DNA of 64,000 bases from the human T2T-CHM13v2.0 reference genome, Homo sapiens. Position 1 is the stretch's first letter; every line of letters begins with the position of its first letter. The DNA is taken from the NCBI RefSeq assembly GCF_009914755.1, contig NC_060944.1; one strand, 5' to 3'. This document shows positions 42,486-56,290 of the stretch, in pieces. The notes below the pieces were generated by a model. The model made no database searches. It was not told the DNA's origin and saw only the letters and a list, made by a program, of their open reading frames with translations. Both the position numbers and the translations under genes were made by a program.

Positions 42486-42896
42486 CATTGTTACCCTGAC
42501 ATTTCCCTAACTCTTTCGTCCCCTTCCATCTTCATGGTTGTCAAGGAAACAGTTTCCTGGGCAACCTGTTGACTTATTTGGCTGCCAAGTTTGTATTATC
42601 CAGAGTGGGGAGCTGTAGTGAAGGATTTTTTTTTTTTTGTTAATGTCACCAAGGTAACCGCCAGCAGCCGTTTAATTATAGTTTTAGGTAAAGATGAATT
42701 CTTTTTTGCAAATGTTCATGTATTTTTGGTTTGGGGTGGGGTGGGGAGAAGAATCGCCAGGAGATTAGCATTCTCTAATTATATGCTTTCAGTTGTGGAC
42801 AATTCAGTTTCATTTGCAATGAAAGTTGGTTTCATTCAGGATTAATTTTTTCTCCTTTAAAAAATCAGAAAAACAGATAGAACAATGAAAACAAAG
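42486..42896. promoter_or_regulatory. Candidate enhancer: RFX X-box cluster with SOX motifs
   Basis: X-boxes at 42537-42550, 42552-42565 and 42645-42658; CATTGTT 42486, AACAATG 42881, AACAAAG 42890. Confidence 0.5.
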
Positions 42897-43029
42897 AGGG
42901 AAAAAGAAAATCAGTTTGGCATGGAGCCAGCAATGAGTGTGGTGGTCATGGCTGGGGTGTGGGCATGGCTGAAGGGATGTCACTGGTGACTGTTTCCTGA
43001 AACATAAATTCCTTTGTGGATCTGAGAGG

Positions 43030-43290
43030 TAGTGTGGTGTAGTGGTTACACACTGGGACTCGGGAGTCAGGCTGCCTGGGTTCAAATTCTGTCTCTGCAG
43101 CTTCTTAGCTGTTTGGCCTCAGGCAAGTGACTTAACCTGGCTGTGCTTCAGTTCCCACAGCCGCCAGATGAGGAGGAAATGGGAAGAAAGAGTTAAATTT
43201 CCCCATAGGTGTGCTGTGAGGGTTAGGATCTATTCATTAGATCCCTTAGAAGGATCCCTGGCGTGGCACCAGCACTCTATAATATCAGCC
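43030..43290 (+). mobile_element. MIR
   Basis: gtgtagtggtta..gactcgggagtcaggctgcctgggttcaaat. Confidence 0.85.
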
Positions 43291-44209
43291 ATCATCGTAA
43301 AGCCAGGGCCTCCTACAGAGCACACTTTACCTACGCCTGCCTACATGTTAATCGTTTCAGCCTTTCTAGGCACCAGCGTGCTAATATGAACAGTTCTGAT
43401 GTTACTGTGTGATAGAGTCATTAGAACCACACCTAACATTTCCCGGAGACTGACACTGTTCTGAGCACCGTGTCTTTGCTCATTTCATGTCCATAGCAAC
43501 TCCAGAGCTGGGTACTATTATTGTCTCCCTTTCACCAATGGGGAACCTGCAGAGGAAAAGAGTAAGAGTTGATGTTTTAAACTGAAAAGATCAATCTTGT
43601 AACGCATTTGTGAATAGCCTCCTTGGAGCTGTATGTAACTTTGTTTTATGGTTCCCTCCTTGGCGTCTCAGTAGGTTTTGATCAAACCAAGTATCAAAGT
43701 GCAGGGAAGTGTCCATCTGGGGAGGAGCACTTGCGGTTCACTCTTGGGAGGCTTTCTGGGAGACACCAGATGATGGCAGATTCCTTGGATCCTCGATGGT
43801 GGCTATGACATTCAGGGAGTTCTCAGGCCCCTGCACTCTCAACTCCCCTCTCCGGATCTGGGGGAAGCAGGCTGCAGAACCCCAGAGCTGAGGCACAGGT
43901 TGCACTGGGGTGGTGAGGAGCAGTCCCCATTGGTCATCTCCCAGACAGGTAAGCAGGAAATGATGATGGCCCAGTCCAGAGCAGGCCGTCAATGGTCCAG
44001 CTGCATGAGCTCGGGGAGAGGTTTCTCTTGTGCTCCCAAGTAAATCAAGGAGTTTCAATCTGCCATCTTCATGGTTCTCCAGGGTTTAAAAGTACTGTGA
44101 TTCTGTAGGGGAAATAAGAGTCACAGATCTGTCTTTTGAACCCAGGTCAGTCTGAGTCTAAAGTCTTCTTTTAGCCACTGTGCTAAAGCCCTGCTGTTCT
44201 GATGGTTAC

Positions 44210-44410
44210 TGAAACCAGGGACTCTGGAGCCAGAGTCTTTGAGTTATTTTCTGTCATTTTCTAGTGAGTGACCTGAGTAATGTACTTCTCTGTGCCTCAG
44301 TTTCCTCACTGGCAAAATCGAGACAATAAGAGTACCTATCTCTGGGGGCTGTTGTGGGCAGTGGAGCACTCAGAACAGTGTATCTCTCCAATAAATGTTA
44401 GGTGTGGTTA
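44210..44410 (+). mobile_element. MIR
   Basis: actctggagccaga..tctgtgcctcagtttcctca. Confidence 0.85.
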
Positions 44411-44504
44411 TAATGACTCTATTACACAGTGACATCATAACCATTCATATCAGCAAGCTAGTTGCATCGTGGTGGCTGATAGTTAACATGTAACCAGGCG
44501 TACA

Positions 44505-44816
<312 letters not shown>

Positions 44817-45934
44817 TGACTTACTCCTCACCATCGTTATTTTGATGCTTCTAGTATAGTTCCTACATAGGTTTCTGTATCGTTAATCTTATCAATCTAT
44901 ATATAACATGCACTGTGTAGGCAAGCTTCTCTCTTCATCTTTATAAATCCCCTAGTGATGCTCCCCTTCCCACTAATCTCCTTCAATTGAGATTCAACTG
45001 CACAGGCCAGCCCCTGTCAGATCTGCTGTGCTAATACCACTGGGAATATTTGTTTTGTGTGCTTTTTTCTCTTTCCATGGATTAGGTACACTTTCATCAT
45101 TTTCAAAGGAAGACCTGAATAGCAATGAACTCATTGGTCAAGAGCAGTGGAGTTTTGGCATGGAATACCCTGTACCCTGGACCCACCACGATGGAGTAAT
45201 GTGGAGACTCAAGGCTGATTCTTAGCCAGGCCAGTGGCTTCAGAAAGGGCCAGGAGCCTGCAGTTACACAGCTCCATCTTTCTGCCCCTCCCTCCACCCC
45301 CTGCCTTTTATTTCTTATTTGTTACAGCCTTTCATGAGGAACAACAGTCAGTAACACAAACATTATATTCATCTCTGCTCATTCTCCCCTCCAGGGACCA
45401 AACAAGTTTTTTTTTCTGGGCATTGAAAATACGTCTCACCCCAGCTTTTAAATAGGCTCAATGTTAGACAGAAAAGCACACATTCTGTAGAATGATGGAG
45501 GAAGGGTAATTATGTATTAATAAAGACAAAAAAAAAAAGAGAAAAAGGAAAAGAAATTGTTCTTTGCATCACCTGATGGCTTTGGCAGAAATAAAAATAG
45601 CAAAATGCTTAACTGGTTTTCCTGCCAGTGGGATGAATAGGGGGCTGGTGCTCTTGATTTGAGGCCATGGGCTGCAGGGCTGTGCTCAGCGTGGGTGGGG
45701 ACTGTGAGGACTGAGGATGAGGCTCCATCAGGGGGGCCATTTGTGAGGACTTGGGCTGCAGAAGGGGAGGGAGGAGGGAACCCACAGAGAAGCTACCTTC
45801 TTGTGTCTCCCTGGGCCTCTGGAGGTGGGTGGTCTCTGTGTCTTTGGGCAAGTCATATATTCTTTCTGTATAAGATGGGGATAATGATACCTGAGTATCA
45901 AAATCTTACCCCATGTGGTCTAGCATTTTCAAGG

Positions 45935-46170
45935 CTGCAAACAGCAGTGGTATAGAGTGGAAATAAACCTGGGTTGGAGTCATAGCTTTGCCGCTTATCA
46001 GTTGCGTGTCCTCGGGCAAGTTACTTAATCTCTCTGTGCCTCCGTTTCCCCATTTGAAAAATGGGGAGGATGATAAACCGCATCGACTTCAGTATTGTGG
46101 CAGAATGAGTGAATACATGTAAAGCAATTAGAACCGTGCCACTAAGCATCCTCTCAAGTGTTATAATGAT
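45935..46170 (+). mobile_element. MIR
   Basis: gggcaagttacttaatctctctgtgcctccgtttccccattt. Confidence 0.85.
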
Positions 46171-47284
46171 TATATTAATATCTCCATTCTTATTACCGAT
46201 ATCCATATAGATGAAGTTCAGTGAAACTGGCTCAGTTTCATGAAAGAACTGCTAAGTGGAAAAAACCAGGATCTAAACTCAGGCTTTTGGACTCCAAATC
46301 TCATTGAATTTTCTTTATGCCCATAACTCCTTCCTTACAAATGAAAAATGAAGGGCCTTTTTCATTTGTAAAAACTCTAACACCGGTGATAGCTTGTTAA
46401 CGAGATCTAAACACAACATCCTTCAAGGTTAGACAACTTTAGACTGAGTTTTCAGAGCTCACTTTTCTGGTTCTTTGCTTTTTTCTCTGTCTGTAAAATG
46501 GACTCCGACAACAACCATGATGTAACATTGCTCATGGCAGAAACTCGGTTAAAAACAAAATCTAGGGGACAAGTTGCAGGGAGGTTAGAATTAACCAGGT
46601 CCCTGGCCACTGGGCCCTGGAAGGTCAGATGGCTTCCAGCTGGAGGGGAGCTCCAACCCTGTACATTCCAATAGGAAGCCGGCAGCTGAAGCTTTGTCTC
46701 CAGGGCTTCCAGGTTCTCTGGGGTTTCTTCCTTTCTGACCCTGGAAACAGAAGGAGACTCAAGACTCTCCATGAAGATACTTTCTTCTGTTGGCTGAATT
46801 CACGAGGTGGGTCTGATCCATGTATCCCTCCTTGCAACTCAAAAGAAGGCAGCAGCTTTACTTTGATACAACCTCAGGAAAGGCCCTGCATTTTCTTTTT
46901 ATGAATCTCGGGCTGTGATTCAGGAAGAGGGCAAGGGTGGAGTTGGAAATCGCCCCTCGTGGAAGTGTGAGCTACAGAGAAGCGGAGGAAACCTGGCCGT
47001 GTGCTCCAGGATTTACCTCTGTAACCCAAGATCCCAGGGAGCTTAGATATTGACTTGTGTAGACACTTTCCTTGGGCTGCTCAAGGTGGTTCCCATGACC
47101 CTGTAGGCTCTGCGCAGTCCAGGAGGCCTCATACCCCCTCCCCTGTTCTGCATGAGGTTATTTGGGAGTGTGGAAGGCAACTGGCATTTTGTCCTCTTAA
47201 TACATGTTAATAATGAGATGCTGCTGATAAAATGCTACCATTTATTGAGAGTTTATGTGAAGTGCTTTACTCATGAAACAAGCA

Positions 47285-48225
<941 letters not shown>

Positions 48226-48823
48226 AAGCAAAACAGCCTTAAGGGAACCACCTCCCTGAGAACCCTATCCAGAAAGGACTATCATTATCTCCATTTCACA
48301 GATAAAGAAGCAATCTAAGAGAGACTGAGCTATTTCCCAGCATAAGACAGCTGGGGAACTTGTTGACCCCAGGTCCGCCTGGCCCCGAGACCTGGGCACT
48401 GCAGTGGTGCTGTGCCACCTTTTCAGCTTAGCTCTACTTGAGGCTCATCCTCCAACCCAGCTGCCAAGATCACCACCACTCAGGCCGGCTTGTCCATCTT
48501 CCTACGTGCCCTGCACCATGAACTCTCCTCAGCAGAACCCCATTGTCTGGCTTTGCAGTTCCAGTCTCTCTTTTTCTTCACTGTTTCCCAAAAGGCTTCC
48601 CCTTGATGCTGCATTAATTTCAGAGTTGAGAAAAGAGTCCAACCGCCCTCTGATTGTCTCTCGCTCAAGGCATGCACCTTTCTCATTATTAGCTTCAGTC
48701 TTTCAAGTTAGAGACACCCCTTTAAACAGTGTGCATAGGAATTACCGGGGGGAGAGCGAGGACACATTGAAAATGCAGATTCCAGGGCCTCGCTGTCCAG
48801 AAGGTCTGATTCAGCTGGTCTGA

Positions 48824-49248
<425 letters not shown>

Positions 49249-49562
49249 CCTGTCTCACATTTTTTTTTTTACAGCCACCTGATAAATGTTTGATTTGAGT
49301 AGGTGCAGCCTGGTTAGTGTTGGCTACGTAACAATCTCTCGAGGCTCTTGAGGAGAAGACAACCAATCATGGCTGTGCGGTGCCCTGTTCAGGTTGCTGG
49401 AGTTGCTAGATGTGTTCCAGCTCTGGGCACACATTTGGAGACAGACAGCTGTGGTTCATTTAGACTGGATGCAGGATGGCAGGCCTAGTCTGATGTGTGG
49501 TGTCGGGTGATTGAAAGTGAGGTCAGGTGCTCTTGAAATGAGGCGGCAAGGGAGGTGGGATC

Positions 49563-50142
49563 TGTAGTTGTCAGAATGGCCCACAAAGATGCCCACACCC
49601 TAATCTCTGGAACCTGCCAATACCATATGTCACATGGAAAAGGGGACTTTGCGGATGGACCCTAAAATAGGGAGGTTCTCCTGGATTATCTGAGTGGGCC
49701 CAGTCTAATTACCAGAGCCCGTAAAAGCAGAGAAATTTCTCTAGCCAGAGGCAGAGAAATGGGACAGAAGGTGAAGTCAGAGGGATTGGAAGTAGAGAGT
49801 GTCTCATGGAAAACCCGAGAAGGAATGCAGGCAGCTGTTTGGAGCAAAGACCAGCCTTGGATGACAGCCAGCAAGGAATGGGAACCTCAGTCCAACAACC
49901 ACAGAAAACAAAATTGAGTCAGAGCATGAATGAGCTTGGAAGTGGATTTTCCCCTAGAGCCTCCAGGAAGGAACACAGCCCTGCTGACACCTTGACTTTG
50001 GCTTTGTGGACCCTAAGCAGTGGACCCAGTCAAGCCCTCCTGGACTTCTGACCTACAGTAACAGTAAGACAATACATTTGTGTTGTTTTGAGCTGCTGAG
50101 TTTGTGGCATTTTTGTTATGGCAGGCGTAAAAAACTAATACA
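49563..50142 (+). mobile_element. MLT1E/D-like solo LTR
   Basis: aaaggggactttgcggatg..ggattatctgagtgggccc; ends aaactaataca. Confidence 0.85.
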
Positions 50143-50299
50143 GGGCCCTATTTCAGAATCTGGGAGAGGACGTATGCTGTGCCTTCTTCTCATTGTCCCC
50201 TGCCCTCCTCTGACCAGCCCATCTCTCCTTTCCAGGTGGGCTGTTGCAGCCTGACATCGTGATATAGAGCGAATTCCCACCTGCACCTTACACGCTGCC

Positions 50300-50760
50300 C
50301 TCGGTTGCTATAAAACCATTTCCTCTGGTTTTTCCATCCTTCCCTGCTTGCCTGCTCCAGTTAACATTTTGGTACATTTCTTTTCAGGGCTTTTTTCTGT
50401 GCATTTTATTCCCAGTTGAGATGTGCAAAATGTACCAACTTGTATCCTGCTTTGCTCCCTTACATTAAATATTTTCATATCACTAACGTTTTTCCATAAG
50501 CCTTACTGTTAATGGCTGCGTAATAGTTCATCAGATGGAGGTGCTGTAATTTAGTTGTTCATTCTCCAATTCTTGGACTTCAATTTATTTCCTTCCCTTG
50601 CATCCCCAATTATGAATAACTTATTTTTTTTTTACCTAAAGATTCCCCTAGCATTCTATATTAAATCCTTATCACAGTTACCCAGAAGAAGAATTACTAG
50701 ACCAAAAGGCACACACTTTTTTTGCGGCTCTTGATAGAAATGCTAAATTACCCTTCAGTT
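50300..50760 (-). mobile_element. L1ME fragment
   Basis: taatggctgcgtaatagttcatc; agaagaattactagaccaaaagg. Confidence 0.6.
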
Positions 50761-52454
50761 TCTGGGCACCATCTAAGCAGCTTACTTTTGCTCCCTAATA
50801 TCTTCTCTTTGTCTCCTCCATCGAGTCCTCCTCTGAGCCCCAAAGGGCTGGGGTGGTCTATTAGTTGGTAGAACTATAGGACATCCAGTAGAATGCATTG
50901 GGTGTTCCATTAGTCTCGGCAATTTATGTTGTTTCTTTATCATCCTCATAGACTCATCACGACGTCTATGACCCACAAACAGAAAGAGAAGTTTAGGAAG
51001 GCATGTGTTCCCTCTTAGAGATTCATTCTGCCCTTTAGCCCTTGTTGTAGACATGAGTCTCAGCTGGCAAACTTCAGGTGTGCCCCAAATCCTGCATTTT
51101 GTTGTTGTCATTGATTTTTAAAAAAATACATTTTAAACCCACTCGTGCTTCTCTGAGCTGCTCTCCCCCGGGCTACTGGAAGATTCAGCCTCGGTCATCA
51201 CAGGCGTTTCCTCACCTGGTGTTGTACAAAGTCTCAGGAGGGGCATCTCAGAAAGCAATAAGGCATGGGGTGGTGGGGGGGGCTCTTCCAGTTATCAAGC
51301 ATCCTCTGAGTGATCACTCTTTTTGTTTGGAAGCTTTGCTGCCTCTGACAAATGGAATTCTTTGCCAGCGACTTCTCTGGGTCTTGTTATCTACTTGATT
51401 GGTGGGGGCCTGTGACGGGGGAGGGGGCTGGAGAGTACCACTTTGCAGGGCAGTGAAGCCCCAGAATATCTTCTGTCTCTAGTGTTGCAGATTCTTTTAT
51501 CTCTCTCCTTGCCTTTGAAACTCATCACTGTTTTTCTGCTGCTGGAAGACATGTCACATTCCCGTGCTATTTCACCTGACTTATTAAAGGCAGAAAGAAA
51601 CTTTGATTTGAGGCGGCTTCTCTGCCTATCCTGCAATAGTTCCCAGGGCTGGGAAGCAGAGATGGGTCTCCATGCCTTCAAGGAAAAAGACCCTGGAAAA
51701 TGTAGGAAGGAAAGAAACCTCACACATTAATTTTTCAAGAAAAAATATTGTCCCTCTCAATAAAGGCTCTGAGAAGTCCTGCAAAAAGCAACTTGCCTAA
51801 CTTCCTTTAAGCCAGTTTTTCTCAAGCTTAGTTATTCTTGAGGCCTTGTCTCTTGCATAACAACTCATACTTTTCTGCAGAGTTGTAGCAAACACACTGG
51901 AAAATACTGGTCTGGCTCAATGACTTGAGAGGTTGACAAATGAGGAGACTGATACCAGAAAGATAAAATGGCTTTTAAAGTCTCTTATGCCATGTTCATT
52001 ACCCATAATCTGACCCATGTATGAGGCGGGGCTTAAACGTCTCTCATCAGAGACAGTGCTAAAGAGGGTGAAATAAATCACACTTCTTTTCAGGCAAGAT
52101 GTATTTTTCTTCTGCCAAAGGGGCTCACTATTTGAAGCAGTCCCATTTAAATTCTTTTCATAAAGCAATGAATCAAACTTCCCCCTCCAGGGTGATCCTT
52201 CGTATCTCTGGATTTTATATTTCAGCTTTCTCATCAATCCTGGCTGTGAAATGTCACAGAGGACTCGAGGTCATCTCCGAATCAGGGACCTGACCTTCCC
52301 AAGCCTTAGACCCCAGTTTCTCTCTCTGAAAACCTAGCAGTGGCCTGGCCTCACACAGAACACGTCAGTCTGCCTGGCTTGGAAACTGCTTTCAAGATGT
52401 GAGTTGTTGATTATGTTCAAGATGACAGAATGTGACATTAAAAAAATCCTGTCT

Positions 52455-52563
52455 AATGCTAGATGACGAGTTAGTGGGTGCAGCGCACCAGCACGGCACA
52501 TGTATACATATGTAACTAACCTGCACAATGTGCACATGTACCCTAAAACTTAAAGTATAAAAA
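52455..52563 (+). mobile_element. Young 5'-truncated L1 (L1PA2-type) 3' end
   Basis: aatgctagatgacGAGttagtgggtgcagcgcacc..cttaAagtataa; TSD aaaaaaatcctgtct (52440-52454, 52564-52578). Confidence 0.95.
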
Positions 52564-52776
52564 AAAAAAATCCTGTCTGAGAGGCTCCCTGAGGAGTGAA
52601 CCAAAGTAGAATTTGAGGGTGTTGCAAGTCAAACAATGTGTTAGGTGTCTTTTTTTTTTTTTAATTATATTTACTCTTTAAATAAGTAATGCATGTCCGT
52701 GGAACAAAATTCATACAAAAATTGAGACATGTCAAGGCTTTCTTCTGTGTTGATGTCCAGCTATCTGGTTACCCTC

Positions 52777-53477
52777 TGCTATGGATGGAATGTTTGTGTT
52801 CCTTTGCAATTCATGTTGAAATTGGGAGGTGGGGCCTTTGGGAGGTAATTAGGTCATGAGAGCTTATGAATGGGATTAGTGCCTTTATAAATGAGGCCTG
52901 AGAGAGTTCCCTTTCCCCTTCTGCCATGTGAGGATGCAGCAAAAAGACGGCCAACCATGAACCAGGAAACGGGCCCTTACTGGCGTATTAGTCCATTTTC
53001 ATGCTGCTGAAAAAGTCATACCTGAGACTGGGTAATTTATAAAGAAAAAGAGGTTTAATGGACTCACAGTTTCACATGGCTGGGGAGGCCTCACGATCAT
53101 GGCAGAAGGTGAAAGGCACGTCTTACATGGCGGCAGACAAGACAGAATGAGGGCCAAGTGCAAGATATTTCCCTGTATAAAACCATCAGATCTCATGATA
53201 CTTATTCACTACCACGAGAACAGTATGGGGGAAACCACCCCCATGATTTAATTACCTCCCACTGGGTCCCTCCTATAACACATGGGAATTATGGGAGCTA
53301 CATTCAAGATGAGATTTGGGTGGGGACACAGCCAAACCATATCAACCAGACACCAAATCTATCTGGCACCTTGACCTTGGACTTTCCACTCTCCAGAGCT
53401 GTGAGGAATAAATTTCAGTTGTTTACAAGCCACCCCGTCAATGGTAGTTTGTTATAGTAGTCAGAACAGACTAAAGT
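52777..53477 (+). mobile_element. MLT1A-like LTR split by THE1
   Basis: tgctatggatggaatgtttgtgt..atgggattagtgcc; resumes ggcaccttgaccttggact..gactaa. Confidence 0.85.
52984..53344 (-). mobile_element. THE1B/C solo LTR
   Basis: gtattagtccattttcatgctgctga..gggacacagccaaaccatatca. Confidence 0.95.
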
Positions 53478-53740
53478 GTCCTCCAAGGAGGTGACAACTG
53501 TTACAATCTTCTTGTGTCCTTCTCCGGAATGCAAATATAGTGAACATAAAAATCAGCTTCCTATAGATGCTGTTCTGCTCCTTGACTTTTTTGCTTGGAG
53601 GTTGTTCTATCGGTTTGCATAGGGCCGACTTACTCTTTTTAACTGCTGAAGAAATTTCACTAGAGAAATGTGCCATGATTTATTTAATTGACCCTCCATG
53701 AATAGACTTTTCCATTGTTCTTAATCTTTTTACACCAGGT

Positions 53741-53962
53741 CAGCAGTTCTCAACTGGAGCTGATTTTGCGCCCCGCCTGCCCCAGGAGATGTTTGGCAGT
53801 GCCTGGGGAGATTTTTGATTGTTATAGCTGGGAGGTGGGGTGCTACTCACTAGTGGGTGGAGGCCAGGGATGCTGCTGGACATCCTATGGTGCAGGGGAC
53901 GGCCCCCACGAGAGACGATTTTCCCACCCCGGATGTCAGCAGGGCTGAGGCTGAGAAGCCTG
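53741..53962 (-). mobile_element. MER20
   Basis: cagcagttctcaact..tttggcagtgcctgggga..gaggccagggatgctgct. Confidence 0.85.
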
Positions 53963-54884
53963 CGCTAGGTGGTGTCTTCAGGCTGCAGGCTGCAGGTGAG
54001 AAGTCTGGAGGGACTGAGATGTCAAGTCCAAAGGCAGGGACAGGAGGAAATGCGCGTGCCATGAGAACACTGCGCTTTGCAGGAAGGAGGAGGGAAAGTG
54101 CTCAAGCTCGTGCCCCTCAGAGTCTAGAGAAGACAGGTCTGGAAGGGGCCACCACCCAGAGAGGGGAGGGGCTCCCCTTATTCCTTTTGTGCCCATTTAT
54201 GCTCCTAGATTGTGCCTGGGAACTCCAGAATAGTGGGTAGGAGATGCAATTATCCTCAACAAACCAAACACAGTCATTAAACAGAATCTCAACGCTCTTA
54301 ATTACTAGTATATTAGCATATTACGAATGAGGAAGCAGCGTTTAGTATATAACAGCAGAAGCTTTGGGAAGAAATGCCTATTTTTACCACTAATTAAGAG
54401 AATATTATAGAAGAGTTAGAGAATTAATTGTACTTCAGTATATCTTTATAAGGAAGATAATTGGGTAAAGATTGTTTCTTTCTTCCCACATCACAATATT
54501 TGCAGGCAGATGGTATTGTTCGTGCTGAGAAACTGTTGTGGTATCAACACAAACCATTTTCTCCTTCAAAAATATTTAATACATTAATTGGCCTCCTCTT
54601 TGCAGAATATTATTACGATTATTTACATCTATGCTGCACTTCACGGTTTTCAAACACATCCATGTGCATGAACCTATGGAATTCTCGGGGTGGTCAGGAT
54701 ACTATCATTCCCTTTTTACAGGGGATAAAACAGCTAGGAGAGACTTAGGTGACTTGCAAGAGGCCAGAAGCTTAAAACGGTTGCAATCAGGACCAGAACC
54801 CAGCCCCCAGCACTAAAATGTCTACTTCTGGACCATGGATGATTCTTCATTTTCTCTGTAACCTGCACGATCTGGTACCTCACT

Positions 54885-54993
54885 GTGGATGTGTGCAAAG
54901 TGTTTACCTGCTCTGTGTGTGTGTATGGAGGGGTTCCATATTGTGTGTGTGTGTGTGTGTGTGTCTGTGTGTGTGTGTATGGGGGGTTCCATA
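54885..54993. repeat. (TG)n microsatellite with duplicated flank
   Basis: Directly visible. Confidence 0.9.
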
Positions 54994-55019
54994 CTGAAGT
55001 GAGAATAGCAGGACCTATG

Positions 55020-55240
55020 TGGTACAGGAGTCCTGGGTTCAAATCCCAGCTCTGGCACTTACTGTTGTGTGACTTTGGGCAAGTGAAATAATCTCTTTCA
55101 ACTTCAGTTTCCTCATCCATGAAAGAAGGGTTGTGATTCTTATTTCCTGGGGTTGCTGTTAGGATGAAAAGAAATGATGTCCTCAGGTGCTCAGTACAGT
55201 GCCTGCCTGGTACGAGGTGGCTTATGGTTGTTATTGTTAC
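55020..55240 (+). mobile_element. MIR
   Basis: cctgggttcaaatcccagctctggcacttact..tgactttgggcaagt. Confidence 0.9.
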
Positions 55241-55779
55241 TCCTGCCTGGATCTGCTCACTCATCAGACACTTCTGATTGTATCCAGGGGTTTCACATGT
55301 GCACACATATCAGCCCCAGCCACGTGTGGCTTCCGTGGCCACAGTTTCTGATGCCTCCCCTGAGACAAGCCTTTAAGTCCTGCTGCTCTGCCTGTGCTGG
55401 GGAGCAGGTCCTTTTGGTCACCCAGCCGCCAGCGCTTCCTAAGCTCGTGGTAACCGATCGGCACAGCAGCTAAGGAGGGGATGGTTCCTGACTTTTGCCA
55501 TATGCTTTCGTGGCGGGCTACTGCAGTGGGCTGCTGGGACCCTGATGCGGCACAGTGCTTGGGGATTAGGCTTTATACACTATACCCACAGCTGCTCCTC
55601 CTCGGGGTGAGCACACATGGTCAAGGTCACCTGGTTAAGGTGGGGCTCAGGGTTTAGACACCAATGTATACTGAGAATCACGCCTTCCTTTGGGATCCCA
55701 GGCTCACACAGTGGCAGCATTAAGTCATCTCTCCTTGAGATAAACTCTCCCAGGAGCCTCTACTGGGTGATGGTGGTTC

Positions 55780-56290
55780 TGATCTGACTGGTATCACTTC
55801 CCCCCTTATTTTGGTAACTGAGCCTTAGTTTGACTTTGATGAGTTAGCAGTTCTCCGCTCTCAGACCCTGTGGTTCAAGAAGGTCTGACTCCAGACCCTT
55901 GGTGCTGACAGGGGATGTGTGACCCATCCCTGACATAGGAGAATGCATATGCATGCTCCTCTGGTCACAGAAAGTGGTTTAGGGATGAGCATGTGACCCA
56001 AGTCGGGCAACTCACAGCCAATCCCAGGACTTTTGCGGGCATTATTAAACGAGAGATGATCTTTCTGCTGTGGGTGCTCAGCTGGTAGGATGTACGCCTG
56101 GGACTACAGAGGCCATTTTGCTAGGACATGGGGGATGCCCTCTAAGAATGAAGCCAATGCAGAGGAAGACAGAGACCAGAGATGGTCAGAGACAAATTCC
56201 TGATTGCATCATGAGTACCTGGATCCATCCATGCCTGAAGACAGATTGAGGTTCCATCATTTGCAACCAAATGAGCCCCAAGGCTGACCT
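55780..56290 (+). mobile_element. MLT1K-like LTR
   Basis: gggatgagcatgtgacccaag; cctggatccatccatgcctgaa. Confidence 0.7.

Noticed and set aside
54734-55306. 190-aa ORF with THTHT repeats
   Set aside because: Runs through MIR and (CA)n sequence; no domain recognised
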